Assembly (NCBI RefSeq): GCF_030028105.1
Contig: NC_092370.1
Coordinates: 220,702,005 to 220,766,004, forward strand
Direction: 5' to 3'
Source: Mobula birostris
Lineage: Eukaryota
DNA: 64,000 nt
Below the pieces are notes generated by a model. That model was not told the origin of the DNA, did not search any database, and saw only the letters and a list, made by a program, of their open reading frames with translations. Below are positions 61,031-64,000 of this stretch, in pieces; position 1 is the first letter of the stretch; each line of letters starts with the position of its first letter. Position numbers and translations under genes: made by a program.

Positions 61031-62939
61031 TAGCCAACAAGTGACATCAGGCTCACCAGCCTACAATTTCCCGGCTTATTCTTACAGCCTTTCTTAAACA
61101 AAGGAACATTAGCTATCCTCCGACACCTCACCTGGGGCTAAGGACATTTTAAATATATCTGCTATGGCCCCTGCAATTTTTGATCGCACCTCCCACAAGG
61201 TCCGAGGGAATATCTTGTCAGGCTCTAGGGACTTGCCCCCAATTTACCTGAAGACAGCAAACACCTACACCTCTGTAATCTATACATGGTCCATTATCTC
61301 ACTGCTGCTTTGCATCATTTACCTCAGTAAATACAGATGCAAAGAAGATCCATTTAAATCTCCCCTATCTTTTTTTGGCTCCATGCATAAACTCTGAAAT
61401 TCCAGAAGACCAATTCTCTCTCTCACTACCCTTTTGCTCTGTATATATCTGTAGGAGCCCTTGAGATTCTCCTTCACTTGGTCTGCTAAAGCAACCTCAT
61501 GCCTTCTTTTAGCCCTCCTGATTTCTTTCTTAAGTGCTTTCTTGCATTTCTTCTACTCCTCAAGTACCTCATTTGTTCCTACTTGCCTATCCCTGCTATG
61601 CACTTCCTATTTTTTCTTAACAAGGGCTTCAACATTTTACAACCTCCTACTTACCAAGTACACCTTTGACAGAAAACAGCCTGTCCCAATCCACACTTGC
61701 CAAATCCTTTGCGATACCATCAAAATTGGTCTTTCTCCAGTTTAGAATCTCAACCCAAAGACCAGAACTATACTTCTCCATAATTACATTGGAACTAATG
61801 GAATTATGATCACTAGATCCAAAGTGCTCCCCTACACAAACTTCTGTCACCTATCCTGGTGTGAGAAACATCTCACACTTGCCTGTATCCATCCACCATT
61901 TTAAGCCCATTTTTCCAGCTGGACAAGATCCTTCTGCAAGCTTTGATAACCTTCCTAGCTGGCCACTACACCCTCAATCTTGGTACCTTCTACAGTCTAG
62001 GTCCAGGTCTTCACACAATCCACACTCCAGGGCTCTTTTTGACACCAGTGGGCAATGTCAGGGCCGATCTGCATCCAAGGTACGGAGAACGATATTTTAA
62101 ATAACATTTTTTGTTGATGTTTCAATAAATTTCTTTTGAACCAAGAATCAATTAATTTATTTTGATTCATAAAACAAACAAGGAAACAGTAGTGGGTACG
62201 CTATCAATGTCTGGCATTTGATTGCTCTGCTGCCACAGTCCAGGTCAATTACAATATCCGATCCAGGTGCCTGGGCTTTCCATGGTGCCAGTCAGTCCTG
62301 AGCTGCCTGCTGATGATAAAGAAAGCGGTATCCGTCAAGGTCATGTCTCAGAGTTAGTTAATTTTAAGGTTTGTAGGGATGGTTTAGGGACAGGGATGTG
62401 GGGGATTTGAGGTCAGGCTGTAGCCTAAGCTTCCTTGATGTACGTGTGATAAATAAATCTGAATCTTGAATCTCGAAAGCTGAGAACTGCTGAAGCAAGT
62501 GTGAGCACAGAAAGCCAGGGGAAGATTTGGATCATTAGTTACATACTTCCCCAGTGTCTTACAGAAGCGTACAATATAACCTGTCCGATGGTGCTTTTAT
62601 CAGAATGAAATACCTCAAGGCACTTCACACAGTTCATACTCCAGTTTCCTCCAATATTGTAAAGGCGTACGGATTAGGGTTAGTAAACTGTGGGCATGCT
62701 ATCTTGGTGCTGGGAGAATGGTGTTACTTGCGGGCTGCCCTCAGTGCATCCTCAGGCTGTGTTGGTTGTTGACATAAACGACGCATTTCACTGTATGTTT
62801 CAATGTACACATAACAAATAAAGCTAATTTAATCTACCCAGTGCTCTCTTTACTTTCACTCCACCCAGCTTCATACCTTCCGAGTACTTTGCACCGTGTG
62901 CACAAGATTCAGGTTGTCAATGCACGAACTTCCCAAGAG

Positions 62940-63880
62940 AGTTATAGAGCCATGGAATACAGTACTGCAGCTGAGAAACAGGCCCTTCAGCCCATCTAGT
63001 CAATGCCAAAGTATTAATCTGCCTAGTCCCATCTACCTGTGCCCAGACCATAGCCCTCCATATCCCTCCCATCCACGTACCTGTTCAAGTGTCTCTTAAA
63101 TGTTGAAATCAAACCAGAACCCACCACTTTGCTGGCAGTTCATTCCACACTCTCATCATCCTCTGTGAAGAAATACCACTCATGATCCCCTTAAACAGTT
63201 CACCTTACACCCTTAACCCATGACCTCGTTCTAGTATCACCCAACCTCAGTGGAAAAAGCCTGCTTGCATTTACCCTTTCTATACTCCTCAAAATTTTTT
63301 ATACCTCTTTCAAATCCCCCCTCATTCTCCTAGGCTCTAGGGAATAAAGTCATCACTTATTCAACCTTTCTGTATAACTCAGGTCCTGACAACAGTCTTG
63401 TAAATTTTCCCTGCACTCTTCCAATCTCATTGATATCTTTCCTTTAGGTATGTTCAGAAGAGCACGCAATACTCTAAATTATGCCTCACCATCGTCTTAA
63501 TACAACTTTAATATAACATCCCAACTCCTGTACTCAATTATAGTTAATTTGATTTCTGAAGGTAAATGTGCCAAAAGCTTTCTTCATGACCTTATCTACT
63601 TGTGACACCACTTTCAAGGATTTATGAATCTGTATTCCCAGACCCCACTCTTCTGCCATGCTCCTCAGTGCCTTATGCTTACTGATTAAGTTTTACCCTT
63701 GTTTGTCCTCCTAAAGTGTAACACTTCATTCTTGTCTGCACTAAATTCCATCTGCCATTTTCAGCCCATTTTTCCATCTTGTCCAGATCCCATTGTAAGC
63801 TTTAATAGCTGTCCCAGCTGTCCACTACGCCCCCTGTCTTGGTGTCAGCTTCAAGTTTGCTGATCCAGATCATTGATGTA
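62940..63880 (-). mobile_element. CR1 LINE 3' portion
   Basis: Reverse-complement similarity to 37650-38600. Confidence 0.8.
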
Positions 63881-64000
63881 GATGGTCTGTTGCCTCCCCA
63901 GAGCCAAGGTCCGCAATATCTCGGATCGAGTTCTCAGTATTCTCAAGAGGGAGGGTGAGCAGCTAGATGTCGTGGTCCATGTAGGGACCAATGACGTGTG
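63881..64000 (+). mobile_element. CR1 ORF1 esterase fragment (runs off window)
   Basis: MVCCLPRAKVRNISDRVLSILKREGEQLDVVVHVGTND, homologous to 35176 onward. Confidence 0.85.

Overview
Vertebrate genomic DNA, very likely a cartilaginous fish (ray or shark; inferred from the CR1, Penelope, Rex1, Tc1 and SINE content). Three spliced genes can be rebuilt exon by exon with GT-AG boundaries and consistent phases. (1) The 3' half of NEK9 (+, 1171-11138): RCC1 repeats, NEK6/7-docking region and coiled coil. (2) The complete ZC2HC1C CDS (-, 19281-14055, two coding exons, about 605 aa), tail-to-tail with NEK9. (3) The complete GPATCH2L CDS (-, 51678-44697, nine coding exons, 478 aa), with a probable non-coding first exon and promoter near 59.4 kb. 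The rest is mostly repeats: a young near-complete CR1 LINE nested in an older CR1, a solo LTR, Rex1/Babar, Tc1 and Tigger-like elements, Penelope-like pieces, SINEs, a 63-bp minisatellite and one assembly gap. Most notable observations: a tandemly duplicated, frame-preserving NEK9 exon carrying part of the NEK6/7 docking motif; repeated local duplication of GPATCH2L splice acceptors creating candidate microexons; a remodelled NEK9 tail ending in a LIR-like motif; hammerhead-ribozyme motifs in Penelope termini; a 236-bp intronic hairpin; a palindromic two-way poly(A) signal; and an RFX/forkhead promoter module. Gene identities rest on recalled similarity to the human proteins; no database search was run.
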